IMG/VR virus record: IMGVR_UViG_3300025875_000008
Coordinates: 12,538-76,537 of that record
Length of the DNA stretch: 64,000 bases
Strand: one strand, 5' to 3'
Source of the DNA: a virus
Part shown: positions 8,639-18,049 of the stretch, one piece after another
Layout: each line of letters opens with the position of its first letter
How positions within the stretch are numbered: the first letter of the stretch is position 1
The notes under the pieces: generated by a model
Seen by the model: the letters and a program-made list of their open reading frames with translations, nothing else
The model's database searches: none
What the model was told of the DNA's origin: nothing
Made by a program: the position numbers and the translations under genes

Positions 8639-8838
8639 AACGGCAGTGCCAGAGCAAGGCAGAGTGCGGCGCTTGCTGCCTTGAACAGGGCCATGAAGGT
8701 CCCCACGGTGTAGGCATCGGCCCGGGTTATTGGTTCGCGTACACCCGCCGCACATTGCTGCCACTTGGATACACCAGCGATATGCGCACCAATTCTTTGA
8801 CGCGCTTGCCCCTTGCACCGCTAGACGAGGCCGCGTGA
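8635..8838 (+). CDS. hypothetical protein
   Basis: GTGA-coupled; CxxxxxCGACCLEQGHEGPH. Confidence 0.5.
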   Translation: MKRQCQSKAECGACCLEQGHEGPHGVGIGPGYWFAYTRRTLLPLGYTSDMRTNSLTRLPLAPLDEAA

Positions 8839-9029
8839 CCGGCTCAAAGTTGGATTGGGAGTCGTCGCTGGTGTGGTTCCCGTGCCCTGAAGGGTGCGGC
8901 GGGCTGATCCGGGTGAGAGTTCGCGGGGTGGTGGAGGTTGTTGATGGCGAACGTGTCATGACGACAGCAACGGCGGATCGCGCCGACCTTGACCTGCACA
9001 TGGAGAAGAACCACGGGAAGGCTGCATGA
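8835..9029 (+). CDS. hypothetical protein
   Basis: GTGA-coupled; CPEGC...HMEKNH. Confidence 0.5.
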   Translation: MTGSKLDWESSLVWFPCPEGCGGLIRVRVRGVVEVVDGERVMTTATADRADLDLHMEKNHGKAA

Positions 9030-9718
9030 GCAACTGCGGATTTTGCCAGGCTGAGTGCGGCGACTCGTTCGTCTGCCCTCGCTGTGTTCGTGTGACCAGC
9101 CACAATCTCGCCGACATGCGCAACCACGCCGTCGAGCTGACGACGGTGATGATCAAGGACACCGCGTACTCCGAGAAGAGTGACGGCGGCAAGTCTGCTG
9201 ATCCGACAATTGCGTGGGCGAACATGGGTGACCGGTTCTTGGCGGATGTGCCGGGTGAGGTTGAGCGGAACCCGATCGCGACCCCGTATCAGAAGCAGGC
9301 GGCTGCGGTGATGCGCGAGCTGCACGCCACGTTGGTGCAGTGGACAAGGTTGCTCAACGAGGAACGGGGGATTCGGCTGCCGAGAAACACGATTCCGTCG
9401 TTGGCTGCGCATTTGCGGGACAACATGCGGATCCTGGCCGGGCATGAGGCGGCGGGTGAGTTCGTGGCCGAGATCACCGAGATTGTGAAACGCATCATGC
9501 AGGTGATCGACTCGCCGCCGTTCAGGGCCAGAGTGAAGGTCGGCAACTGCATCGAGAACATCGAAGGCCACGTGTGCCCCGGTGATGTGATCGCCTACAT
9601 CTACGCGGACGGCGACATGCTGGGGAAGCTGGCCTGCGTACGGTGCAAGCGGGAATGGGAACCTACCGATTGGGCAAAAGTCGGGCCGGCGATCGTGGCG
9701 AGGAAGGAAGCGGCGTGA
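9026..9718 (+). CDS. actinophage protein with terminal Zn fingers
   Basis: CxxC/CxxC at the N-terminus, C...C and CxxC...W at the C-terminus, helical core. Confidence 0.7.
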   Translation: MSNCGFCQAECGDSFVCPRCVRVTSHNLADMRNHAVELTTVMIKDTAYSEKSDGGKSADPTIAWANMGDRFLADVPGEVERNPIATPYQKQAAAVMRELHATLVQWTRLLNEERGIRLPRNTIPSLAAHLRDNMRILAGHEAAGEFVAEITEIVKRIMQVIDSPPFRARVKVGNCIENIEGHVCPGDVIAYIYADGDMLGKLACVRCKREWEPTDWAKVGPAIVARKEAA

Positions 9719-9882
9719 AAGTTGTGCGGATTTGGTCAGATGGTCCTGGGTCGTGGTTCGGGCTTTGTCGTCATTGCAACTACTCCCTTTGGCTCGGCGA
9801 GCATCGGTCAGTGGTACGACACATGGAAGTCCACTTCAATGCTGCGGCGGTTCACGTGATGTGCCAACGCCAAGATCGCTGA
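9715..9882 (+). CDS. small Zn-finger-like protein
   Basis: CRHC...HMEVH. Confidence 0.5.
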   Translation: MKVVRIWSDGPGSWFGLCRHCNYSLWLGEHRSVVRHMEVHFNAAAVHVMCQRQDR

Positions 9883-9895
9883 CAGGTTCTGCCAG
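9879..9895. promoter_or_regulatory. operator-like site
   Basis: CTGACA-N5-TGCCAG at a gene boundary, same arrangement as 1547, 58513 and 63228. Confidence 0.5.
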
Positions 9896-9973
9896 TCTGC
9901 GGTACCCTGAACGCAAGAGCCCCCGCACCTGTTGGCACAGGCCGGGGACGTGGACCACTATGAAGGAGTGGAC

Positions 9974-10180
9974 ATGACAGATGCTACAGACTTCCCAGCT
10001 ATGACCACCGCGAACCAGGCGAGTGACCACGAACACGAAAGTGAACTGAGAGTTGCGGACCTCATCGGCAGGTGCGCAAGGCTGATGGTTGAGTTGGAAA
10101 TGGCTCAACGCGAAGTGCGTGAACGAACGCGTGACGCTATGGTTCGCGTTATCGCGAGCGTTTCGGCAGTTGGTGATTGA
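9974..10180 (+). CDS. hypothetical protein
   Basis: AAGGAG RBS; coiled-coil C-terminus. Confidence 0.55.
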   Translation: MTDATDFPAMTTANQASDHEHESELRVADLIGRCARLMVELEMAQREVRERTRDAMVRVIASVSAVGD

Positions 10181-10184
10181 TCAC

Positions 10185-10508
10185 ATGACTGAGACCGAAG
10201 CCGTCATCATTCTCGGGTTGGCTTTCGCCGCTATCCCCCTCGTCTGGTTTGCGTGCTGGTTGGTTGACCACGATGCGCCTAAAAGCCGCATCGACCGCCT
10301 TAAGAAGGAAGTACTAGAGGCGCAGGCTGAGCGCGACCGGCACCAATTTGCCCGCAGTGCTTCTTTGGAGTTGCATCGTCACACGCAAGCGGAATTGCGT
10401 GAGACGCGGACTGCGCTTCAAGCCGCCGAGCTTCGATGCATTCAACTTGAAAACGAAGTATGGAACCTGACCGAGCGCGCTAATGCTGCCGAGACAATCT
10501 CAACATGA
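10185..10508 (+). CDS. single-TM coiled-coil protein
   Basis: AVIILGLAFAAIPLVWFACWLV followed by a heptad-rich region. Confidence 0.6.
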   Translation: MTETEAVIILGLAFAAIPLVWFACWLVDHDAPKSRIDRLKKEVLEAQAERDRHQFARSASLELHRHTQAELRETRTALQAAELRCIQLENEVWNLTERANAAETIST

Positions 10509-10684
10509 CTGAGCAGTGGGAACCTACGGTCGGTCAGTGCCTTGTGTGTGGCGGGCGTGGTGCATGGTGGTCAGGTCCACGTCGTGACACTTGCATCCGT
10601 TGCAAGGGAACGGGCTGGGATCCGTGCCGACACAAGGCTTGGTACAAGGAAACTATTGCACCGCTACAGAAGAGCAAGCCGTGA
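10505..10684 (+). CDS. DnaJ-type CxxCxGxG zinc-finger protein
   Basis: CLVCGGRG and CIRCKGTG. Confidence 0.6.
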   Translation: MTEQWEPTVGQCLVCGGRGAWWSGPRRDTCIRCKGTGWDPCRHKAWYKETIAPLQKSKP

Positions 10685-10872
10685 TTCGGCGACTGTGCGA
10701 CCTGATACGCGCCCGACGCTACAACCGCGCAATGGGTTACGACCTTCCCCGTGAGGTGCGAGCCGCGCGGACACGTGAAATATGGGATCGAGTACGGGCC
10801 AATTCTGCCGAAGGCGCAGCCGCGAAGGACAATCCCGAGTGGTGGAGGGACTGGCTTCAGTACCATCGCTAG
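10681..10872 (+). CDS. hypothetical protein
   Basis: GTGA-coupled ORF. Confidence 0.45.
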   Translation: MIRRLCDLIRARRYNRAMGYDLPREVRAARTREIWDRVRANSAEGAAAKDNPEWWRDWLQYHR

Positions 10873-10881
10873 TCTAATCGT

Positions 10882-11091
10882 GTGATCCTGCTTGGCATCA
10901 AGGATGCTGCAAGGTTCGGCGAGGTTCCCGAAGCGACCATCCGAAGGTGGATCACTGAGGGCAAGCTTGAGAAGCACGGGCGGGCGAAGCCGTACAAAGT
11001 GGACCTGAACAGGGTGCAGGAGTTAGGCGACACACTGCAACCAGGCAGACCACGTAAACCGAGCAATGGTCCTGATATAGTTGGCGCGTAG
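10882..11091 (+). CDS. small HTH protein
   Basis: IKDAARFGEVPEATIRRWITEGKL; TAGTCT -10 box 6 nt upstream of GTG. Confidence 0.75.
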   Translation: MILLGIKDAARFGEVPEATIRRWITEGKLEKHGRAKPYKVDLNRVQELGDTLQPGRPRKPSNGPDIVGA

Positions 11092-11124
11092 CGCGAGTCG
11101 ATTCCAACGGAGTCCTCGCGTTTT
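11091..11124 (+). terminator. intrinsic terminator
   Basis: CGCGAG..GATTCC-aac-GGAGTC..CTCGCG hairpin followed by TTTT. Confidence 0.55.
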
Positions 11125-11152
11125 GTCATGTTCCCTCACAGTTGGAGGTTGC

Positions 11153-11395
11153 ATGGCTGACGTCGCCTGCGCTTACTGCCGCGTTCAGAGCTACTACGGC
11201 GTCCTGTATCACGCTTACGACTGTGTGATGGTGGTCGACACCACGGCGGCTGGGGTTCACACCGCACGAGTTGGACAGGTGTGCGCGACCTGCGAGGACG
11301 AAATCGACTCGTTCTCGTACATAGACGACGGCATGGGTGGACGGCTGCCGGTGTGTCTTGGGTGCGCGGCTGAAGTGATGCTGATCGACCCGTAA
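11153..11395 (+). CDS. Cys-rich hypothetical protein
   Basis: GGAGG RBS; CAYC, CATC, CLGC. Confidence 0.55.
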   Translation: MADVACAYCRVQSYYGVLYHAYDCVMVVDTTAAGVHTARVGQVCATCEDEIDSFSYIDDGMGGRLPVCLGCAAEVMLIDP

Positions 11396-11460
11396 CCAGT
11401 TCGTCTGGCAAGTAACTGATTCGTTGACAACTACACATAACCGGTTGGGGGTGGCTGTTC

Positions 11461-14400
11461 GTGGCGATCGTTTTGGTTGGTGCTGCCACCTTGTTTGAGT
11501 CGGATGCGGTCACTGCGGCTGTTGTTCCTAAGCCGTCCGGGGTTGTGGTTGGTGACCTTCTCGTTGCGACCGTCACCCATTCGGACTCTGCCGGCATTGC
11601 TACCCCGTCTGGTTGGTCTGTTGCGATAGCTCGAGGTTCGTCGTCGGCGATTTTCACGGCGAAGTGGTATCGGTTCGCGACGTCAACTGATGTGGTGGCT
11701 GGGTCGTACACGTTCCAGACGTCGACCACTGCCGGTCGGGTCACTGGCGCCATGTACGCCCTGCGCGGGGTTGATCCCACTTCGCCGTTGGATTCAACTC
11801 CTGTTTCGGTGGGTGTGAACTCCACGACGGGGCCGTTGGTGCCTGGTGTGGATACGGTCACTTCTCAGGCGTTCATTGACAGCACGGCCACGTTGAACGC
11901 TTCAGCTTCGGAGACGTTGACTGCACCGTCGAACTTCACTGCCCTGTCGCAGAATGTGGCGGGGACTGGGCGTCGGCAGGCGATCGCGTACCGGTTCGAT
12001 GAGACGCCGGGCACGTCGTCTACGGTGCAGTGGACGAAAACCACCACGACGTCGTTGCAGCACATTGGTTCGCAGACTGCGTTTCGCCCGGACGCGAATG
12101 CGCCTGTCACCCCGACTGTTCCGATTCGGGTTGTTGGCAATGAGGGCCGCATCCGCACTCAGACGGCGAACGCGACCAGTGTCCGCATCAAGGTGGCGAC
12201 CGACGCGGCGATGACGCAGAACGTGGTTTACACGACTCCGCAGACCCCGACCGCGCAGGGGAACACTTACCATCAGGTGACCGGGCTCACCCCGTCTTTG
12301 ACGAAGTATTACTACCGGGTGATGATGACCGGTTCTGACGGTGAGATTCAGGACACGGAGTCGGTGCAGGGTCGTCTGCCGATTCTGCCCACGTCGGGGC
12401 AGTTGTCGTTCACGTTGAGCTTTTCGGCGTGCTGTGATGCGGTGGACTCTGCGGCGATGACCGCCATCTACAACCGCAACGACCCGATTTTCGTCAACAA
12501 CGGCGACTTCTACTACGCGAAGCCTGAGCCGGGCGAGATCTCCACCACGTCCTATCGCACCAAGTTCAACGGGAAAATGTCGAAGCTGGTGGCCCCGAAC
12601 CATGCGGCGGTGATGGCGACCTCCATCGTTGATGTTGGTCCGTCTGACCACGACTTCGGGATGAACAACAACCTGAACAATGGGACGACCCCGACCGCGA
12701 CCCCGCTTTACAATGCGGTGTATCGGGAGGTGTTCCCTGTTGGGTCGGTGGGGAACGGCACTACGGGTGTTTACCGGACTTACACGGTTGGTCGGGTGCG
12801 GTTCATTCGCATTGACTGTCGTTCGTTCGCTTCGGCGCCTTCCGCTACGGATAACACGTCGAAGACGATGCTGGGGTCGGTGCAGAAGCAGTGGTTGAAG
12901 AACACGATCACGGCTGCGACTGAACCGCTGATCGTCATTCACGGTGATACGTCGTGGATTGGTTCCGCTGATGCTGGCGACGACGGTTGGCTTGGGTACA
13001 CGGTTGAGCGTGCCGAACTGGGCGCGTTCTTCGCCAGCTCGGGGAAGAACATCGGTATGACCGGCGGCGATATGCACGCTTTGGCTGCGCATGCTGGCGG
13101 GTCTGGTTCGCCTGGTGGTATCCCTTATTGGGGTGCGGCGCCCATTCACAACGAGTCGTCCATTAAGGGTGGCCCGTACACGAATGGGCCGTATCCGTCG
13201 ACGGTGATTGTGGACCCGCCTGGGGTGGAGCAGTACGCCCGTTTGGCGTTCACTGACAGCGGTTCGAACATCACTGTTGCTTACACCGGCTACTCGGCTG
13301 ACAACACAGTCCGGCTGACTCAGACGAACACGTTTTCGGCTGACGCACCGGTCACCCCGCCGCCGTCTGGGACTGTGGTGCTCAACGAGAACCGTCAAGC
13401 TGGCGACCTCGACTTTCACCTGACCGTTGACCACCCGGCGTTGCGGACCGCGTATTTGGCGCGGAACCCGGGCACCACCCTTCCTGTGGTCACGGACCCG
13501 TTCGACGCGGTGCACAAAGCGGTTCATGCCACGTTGCATTCTGAGCACAACGCGTTGGGTGCTGGTACGACGTTGCCGACAACCATTGGTGCGTCAGGGC
13601 ATCTCGCGCACCATGCCGCGTTGGCGAAGGCGCACAACCTGCGTTTGGTCGGCGGCGGCGTTCCGAGCATCCCGACTAGCGTCACCCGCGTCTCGAACGC
13701 TTCCGACACGGCGACCATCACCTGGGCGCCGCCCACTTCCGCTGGCGGGTCTCCGATCACCGGGTACCGGGTATCTCGGGATGGGACGTCGGTCAACGGT
13801 ACTGGCCCGTACACGATTGTTCGTCCGTCGACGGATCGTTCGTTCACGTTCGGTTCGATGCAGACTGGTGTTGCTTACAACCTGACGGTGACGGCGATCA
13901 ACCCTTACGGTGACGGGCCGGCGTCTACGGGGTCGGTGACCATTCTGTCCGAGGCGACGGGTGGGATGCCCACCAACGACCTGGCGGACTTCACCCTGTT
14001 GTTCAATGACGACTTCAACGTGGACGCGTCGGCTGGTCAGTTCTTGAGCAAGTACCCGGGTTGGCGCGCCTACCCGAACAGCTACAAGGACACCTCCGAC
14101 CACGGCACCTATGAGCCGAACATCATCACCTGCGCCAACTCGACGTTGGACATGTGGATTCATTACGAGTCGTCGACTGGGCGGTATCTGTGCGCTGCGC
14201 CTGAGCCGCGCATCAACGGGATCAACGGTCCTCGAGGTCAGACGTATGGCCGGTACGCGTTCCGTTGGCGGGTTGTTGCCCCCATCCCCGGTTACAAGAC
14301 GGCGTGGCTGCTGTGGCCTGACAGCAACAACTCCGACGAAGGTGAGATCGACTTCCCTGAGGGCGATTTGGATGGTGTGGACACGATCCGCGCCTACTCC

Positions 14401-14700
14401 CATGACGTGCAGGGTGTTCATTCGCACAATGCGTTCTCGAAGAACACGGGTGTTGTTTACGCCGGGTCAGGTTGGCATACGGGTGTCATTGAGTGGAAGC
14501 CGACAGGGGTTACGTTCTGGTTGGACGGCACCAACTTGGGCACCACCCCGTCTTTGGGTACGCCGGTTACTCCGATGCACTGGGTGTTGCAGACCGAGAC
14601 CGAGTTGGGTTCCAGCAGCCCGCCGCCGCAGTCGTCGTCGGGGCATGTGCAGTTGGACTGGGTTGCTGTGTGGGATTACACGCCGGGCAGCACACCCTGA
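11461..14700 (+). CDS. phoD: multidomain protein: beta-sandwich + PhoD-like phosphatase + FN3 + GH16
   Basis: PhoD-type motifs SACC, GDFYY, SDHDFGMNN, IDCRSF, GSVQKQWL, DGWLGYTVER, GDMH; FN3 (ITWAPP..GGSPITGYRV); GH16 EIDFPE; no signal peptide. Confidence 0.8.
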   Translation: MAIVLVGAATLFESDAVTAAVVPKPSGVVVGDLLVATVTHSDSAGIATPSGWSVAIARGSSSAIFTAKWYRFATSTDVVAGSYTFQTSTTAGRVTGAMYALRGVDPTSPLDSTPVSVGVNSTTGPLVPGVDTVTSQAFIDSTATLNASASETLTAPSNFTALSQNVAGTGRRQAIAYRFDETPGTSSTVQWTKTTTTSLQHIGSQTAFRPDANAPVTPTVPIRVVGNEGRIRTQTANATSVRIKVATDAAMTQNVVYTTPQTPTAQGNTYHQVTGLTPSLTKYYYRVMMTGSDGEIQDTESVQGRLPILPTSGQLSFTLSFSACCDAVDSAAMTAIYNRNDPIFVNNGDFYYAKPEPGEISTTSYRTKFNGKMSKLVAPNHAAVMATSIVDVGPSDHDFGMNNNLNNGTTPTATPLYNAVYREVFPVGSVGNGTTGVYRTYTVGRVRFIRIDCRSFASAPSATDNTSKTMLGSVQKQWLKNTITAATEPLIVIHGDTSWIGSADAGDDGWLGYTVERAELGAFFASSGKNIGMTGGDMHALAAHAGGSGSPGGIPYWGAAPIHNESSIKGGPYTNGPYPSTVIVDPPGVEQYARLAFTDSGSNITVAYTGYSADNTVRLTQTNTFSADAPVTPPPSGTVVLNENRQAGDLDFHLTVDHPALRTAYLARNPGTTLPVVTDPFDAVHKAVHATLHSEHNALGAGTTLPTTIGASGHLAHHAALAKAHNLRLVGGGVPSIPTSVTRVSNASDTATITWAPPTSAGGSPITGYRVSRDGTSVNGTGPYTIVRPSTDRSFTFGSMQTGVAYNLTVTAINPYGDGPASTGSVTILSEATGGMPTNDLADFTLLFNDDFNVDASAGQFLSKYPGWRAYPNSYKDTSDHGTYEPNIITCANSTLDMWIHYESSTGRYLCAAPEPRINGINGPRGQTYGRYAFRWRVVAPIPGYKTAWLLWPDSNNSDEGEIDFPEGDLDGVDTIRAYSHDVQGVHSHNAFSKNTGVVYAGSGWHTGVIEWKPTGVTFWLDGTNLGTTPSLGTPVTPMHWVLQTETELGSSSPPPQSSSGHVQLDWVAVWDYTPGSTP

Positions 14701-14816
14701 TGGGGTTGTCTCGTCGGGAGGTTCTGCGCACCACCGTGTTGGCGTTCTTTTGGCCGCTGGGTAAGCCGAAGCGGTTGAAGGACGTGTACTCCGACCTGTA
14801 CAAGCGGAAGGGGTGA
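14700..14816 (+). CDS. 38-aa peptide with twin-arginine-like N-terminus, in frame with the downstream phoD
   Basis: MGLSRREVLRTTVLAFFWPLGKPKRLKDVYSDLYKRKG; TGATG-coupled to phoD-1; TGA CGT GTG leads in frame into phoD-2. Confidence 0.55.
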   Translation: MGLSRREVLRTTVLAFFWPLGKPKRLKDVYSDLYKRKG

Positions 14817-14819
14817 CGT

Positions 14820-16790
14820 GTGACGATCACCCTTGTTGGTTCGCCAACCCTTTATGAGTCGGATGGTGTAACCAGCGCCGTCATTCCCATCCCCTCGGGG
14901 GTTGCGGTCGGTGATTTGTTGGTGGCGACGGTCACTCACTCGACTAACGCTGCGATTGCCACCCCGTCTGGTTGGTCGTTGACGTTCGGGCGGGCTTCCA
15001 GTTCCGGCATTTACACGGTCAAGTTGCACCGGTTCGCTGTGTCCGGTGATGTTGCTGGTGGTAGTTACACGGTTGCGACAAGCGGCACTGCTGCCCGCGT
15101 GACTGGGATGATGTACGCCCTGCGGGGTGTGGACCCGACGACACCGGTTGATGTGACGCCTGTGTCGGTGGGTGTGAATGCGACCACCGCACCGTTGGTT
15201 CCGTCTATGACGACGGTGACGGCGAACACGTTCATCGACTGCACGGCGTCCGTGAACTCGTCCGCTTCGGAAACCTTGACCGCGCCGGCCCCGTTTGTGG
15301 AGCTGGTGCAGAACGTGACGGGTGCTGGTAGGCGTCAGGCGATCGCGACCCGCACAGCCCCTTCTGCTGGTGCGACGGGCACGGTTCAGTGGACTAAGAC
15401 GACCGCCACGTCACTTCAGCACATTGGTATGCAGGTTGCGTTCCGGGCTGACAGTTCGGTCGCTGCTGATCCTGCTGTGCCTATTCGTGTGGTCGGTAAC
15501 GATGGCCGGATTCGCACGCAGACGACGGATGCTGCGAGTGTGCGGATCAAGGTCGCCACCAATGCGGCGATGACTACAGGTGTGGTTTTGTCGTCCCCTG
15601 TCACCCCTGACAGTCGTGGCAACGCGCAGCATCAGATCACCGGGTTGACGGCTGGGGTCACCTACTACTACCGGGTGATGATGACGAGTGTTGGCGGGGT
15701 TGAGACCGCTGACACTGAGCCGGTGCAAGGCAGGTTGCCGATCGCACCAACGGGTGCAACCTCGTTCGGCATGAACATTGTGGCGTGCTGTCTTGCCGCT
15801 GATTCGCCTGTGATGGCAGCCGTGTACAACCGGGGCGATGGTTTGTTGGCTCATCAGGGCGACCTGTACTACAACGACGGTGGCCCGGTCACTGAGGCGA
15901 ACTACCGCACCCAGTTCGACAACAAAGCGTCAAAGCTGGTGGCACCCAACCATGCTTCGGTGATGGCAACCAACGTGTTCGACTATGGGCCGTCTGATCA
16001 TGACTTTGGTTTCAACAATGACCAGAACGCTGGGTCGACCCCGGCTGCTGTTGCCCCGTTCAACCTTGTTTACCGGGACACGTTCGCGGTTGGCGCTGTT
16101 GGGAACGGTACGACGGGCATCTATCACACGTTCACCTGGGGTCGGGTTCGGTTCATCCGCCTTGACACCAGGTCGTTTGCGTCGGCACCGTCAGCAACTG
16201 ACAACAGTTCCAAGTCGACCCTGGGCACCGTTCAGAAGCAGTGGCTGAAAGATACGATCACCGCCGCAACGGAGCCGCTCATCATCATCTTGGGTGACAC
16301 CACTTGGGTTGGGCCGGCGGTTGCACCATCGGATGGTTGGGTTGGGTTCACCACCGAACGGGCTGAACTGGGTGCGTTCTTCCTCGCCTCGGGAAAAAAC
16401 ATTGGCATGGTGACCGGCGACACTCACGCTGTGCAAGCACACAACGGTACTGATGTGACCGGTGGTGTTGGGTCCGAGGGCAAAATTCCCATGTGGGGTT
16501 CGGCGCCCATCAGTAACACTGCGAACCAGAAGGGCGGGCCGTACTCGGTTGGCCCATACCCTGCGTCGGGCACAGCATCGGTGCAGCAGTACGCACGACT
16601 CGCGATCACTGACACGGGCACGTCGAACATCACCGTTGACTACACGGCGTACAGCGCCGACAACACGGTGCGGCTAACGCAGTCCAGCACGTTCACCACA
16701 GCCACCGTCACAGCACCCACCAAGGCGCCCGCCAAGCGGATCCTCACCCCTCAGACAAGGAGACGCGATGGCTACCTACGCCGCAGCTAA
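14820..16790 (+). CDS. phoD: second PhoD-like phosphatase (paralog of the first ~630 aa of 11461-14700)
   Basis: VACC, GDLYY, SDHDFGFNN, LDTRSF, GTVQKQWL, DGWVGFTTER, GDTH. Confidence 0.8.
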   Translation: MTITLVGSPTLYESDGVTSAVIPIPSGVAVGDLLVATVTHSTNAAIATPSGWSLTFGRASSSGIYTVKLHRFAVSGDVAGGSYTVATSGTAARVTGMMYALRGVDPTTPVDVTPVSVGVNATTAPLVPSMTTVTANTFIDCTASVNSSASETLTAPAPFVELVQNVTGAGRRQAIATRTAPSAGATGTVQWTKTTATSLQHIGMQVAFRADSSVAADPAVPIRVVGNDGRIRTQTTDAASVRIKVATNAAMTTGVVLSSPVTPDSRGNAQHQITGLTAGVTYYYRVMMTSVGGVETADTEPVQGRLPIAPTGATSFGMNIVACCLAADSPVMAAVYNRGDGLLAHQGDLYYNDGGPVTEANYRTQFDNKASKLVAPNHASVMATNVFDYGPSDHDFGFNNDQNAGSTPAAVAPFNLVYRDTFAVGAVGNGTTGIYHTFTWGRVRFIRLDTRSFASAPSATDNSSKSTLGTVQKQWLKDTITAATEPLIIILGDTTWVGPAVAPSDGWVGFTTERAELGAFFLASGKNIGMVTGDTHAVQAHNGTDVTGGVGSEGKIPMWGSAPISNTANQKGGPYSVGPYPASGTASVQQYARLAITDTGTSNITVDYTAYSADNTVRLTQSSTFTTATVTAPTKAPAKRILTPQTRRRDGYLRRS

Positions 16791-17064
16791 AGCCAAGCAC
16801 GCCACCCTCACCGCTAGCACTGTGGACACTGTCACCCTCAGCAACTGCTCCAACGTGGAAGTGCTGAACCGTGGCACCACCGAGCTGTACTTCACCGTGG
16901 ACGGCACAACCCCCACTGTTGCAGGTGACAACTGTTACATCGTGCAAGCAGGGGCGGCGTTGCAGGTGCCCGGGTCTTCGCCTACCTACGTGCAGGACCG
17001 CGTTGCCATTGCAGTCAAGGTGATCTCGTCTGCTGCTGTCGCCTACTCGGTGACTGGGTTCTGA
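16768..17064 (+). CDS. small beta-rich, possibly virion-associated protein
   Basis: AAGGAG RBS; Thr/Val-rich (LYFTVDGTTPT). Confidence 0.6.
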   Translation: MATYAAAKAKHATLTASTVDTVTLSNCSNVEVLNRGTTELYFTVDGTTPTVAGDNCYIVQAGAALQVPGSSPTYVQDRVAIAVKVISSAAVAYSVTGF

Positions 17065-17073
17065 GCCTGAGTC

Positions 17074-17286
17074 GTGGCCGTTCTCGGCAATACTCCGTCT
17101 GCTCGAGCCAGACAGCATGAGGTCACAGCGCGTGAGCATGACAGGTTGGCAGCAGATGAACGCAGGTTGAGGGACGGGCTGATACGGCAACTGAGGGCTG
17201 ACAACCCGAAGGTGTGGACGTACGCAGCGTTAGCCAAAGCGGTTGGCATCACTGAAACAGCAGTACGAACGGCGATCAAAGGGTGA
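17074..17286 (+). CDS. small HTH protein
   Basis: WTYAALAKAVGITETAVRTAI. Confidence 0.65.
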   Translation: MAVLGNTPSARARQHEVTAREHDRLAADERRLRDGLIRQLRADNPKVWTYAALAKAVGITETAVRTAIKG

Positions 17287-17576
17287 GCCTGAGGGTCTGC
17301 GCTCAACCCGGATGCCCTGCACTAGTCAAGCAAGGCAAGTGTGTTGAGCACTCAATGACAACTACGCAACGCGGGTACGGTGTCGAGCACCAAGCCAAAA
17401 GGCAACAGTGGAAGCCGTCCGTTGATGCCGGCGTGACCGTGTGCTCAAGATGCAGTGAGCCGATACAGCCCGGTGAGCCTTGGCACCTAGACCACACCGA
17501 CATGCGCGACGGATACCTAGGGCCAAGCCACGAACGGTGCAACACAAGCGCGGCTGGCAAGGCTGCGCACGCATGA
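17283..17576 (+). CDS. packaging-associated HNH endonuclease
   Basis: CAQPGC, RGYG, CSRC...WHLDH...HERCN; directly upstream of terminase, as in cos phages. Confidence 0.85.
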   Translation: MSLRVCAQPGCPALVKQGKCVEHSMTTTQRGYGVEHQAKRQQWKPSVDAGVTVCSRCSEPIQPGEPWHLDHTDMRDGYLGPSHERCNTSAAGKAAHA

Positions 17577-17660
17577 AGGGTGGGGAGTGACCCCCTCCCC
17601 CTCCTCCCGGCGCTGACCGTCGGCAGGTCTCTCGCAGTCCAAACCCCTGAGTTTTGCCCC
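17577..17660. other. probable cos (cohesive end) region
   Basis: G/C-run intergenic gap between HNH and terminase small subunit (GGGTGGGG..ACCCC..CTGACCGTCGGCAGG); exact overhang not determinable. Confidence 0.45.
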
Positions 17661-17683
17661 GAACCCACGAAAGGAACGCTCCT

Positions 17684-18049
17684 ATGCCCCCTGTAGCCGC
17701 TCCTGTGGGGCTTGGTCCGTCTGGCGACGCCTTATGGTGTGACATCACCGAGGCCCACGAGTTGGACGCAACGCAACTGGTGACTCTGACTGAGGTGTGT
17801 CGGGCAAAAGATCGACTTGACCGGTTGGACGAACTGTTGCGGGGCAACCTTGACCCGACGACGCTAAACCAGGCGAACACCACTGCGAACTTGATGAAGC
17901 AGCTCATTGCGTCTCTTCGGCTGCCGGATCCTGTGTCGGAGAAGCGTCCCCAGTTCCGCGGTGCTCGTGGTGCTCAGAAGCCGTCTGTCCCTGGTGGTGG
18001 GTCGAAGGTGTCCAGCTTGGACCGCGCCCGGGCGGCTAAGACTTCCTGA
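17684..18049 (+). CDS. terS: terminase small subunit
   Basis: GLGPSGDALW...L..C...DRL...QLIASLRLPD pattern; position. Confidence 0.8.
   Translation: MPPVAAPVGLGPSGDALWCDITEAHELDATQLVTLTEVCRAKDRLDRLDELLRGNLDPTTLNQANTTANLMKQLIASLRLPDPVSEKRPQFRGARGAQKPSVPGGGSKVSSLDRARAAKTS

Noticed and set aside
11405-11440. Late promoter at TTGACA (11424)
   Set aside because: No acceptable -10 hexamer at 16-19 nt spacing.
11902-13548. 548-aa reverse-strand ORF and similar long antisense ORFs (8438-9571, 19731-20618, 27898-28631, 34158-35096)
   Set aside because: Shadows of high-GC codon bias opposite well-supported genes; no motifs or RBS.
14814-14816. Selenocysteine recoding of the UGA before phoD-2
   Set aside because: No convincing SECIS hairpin downstream, no redox motif context and no sel genes in the window.
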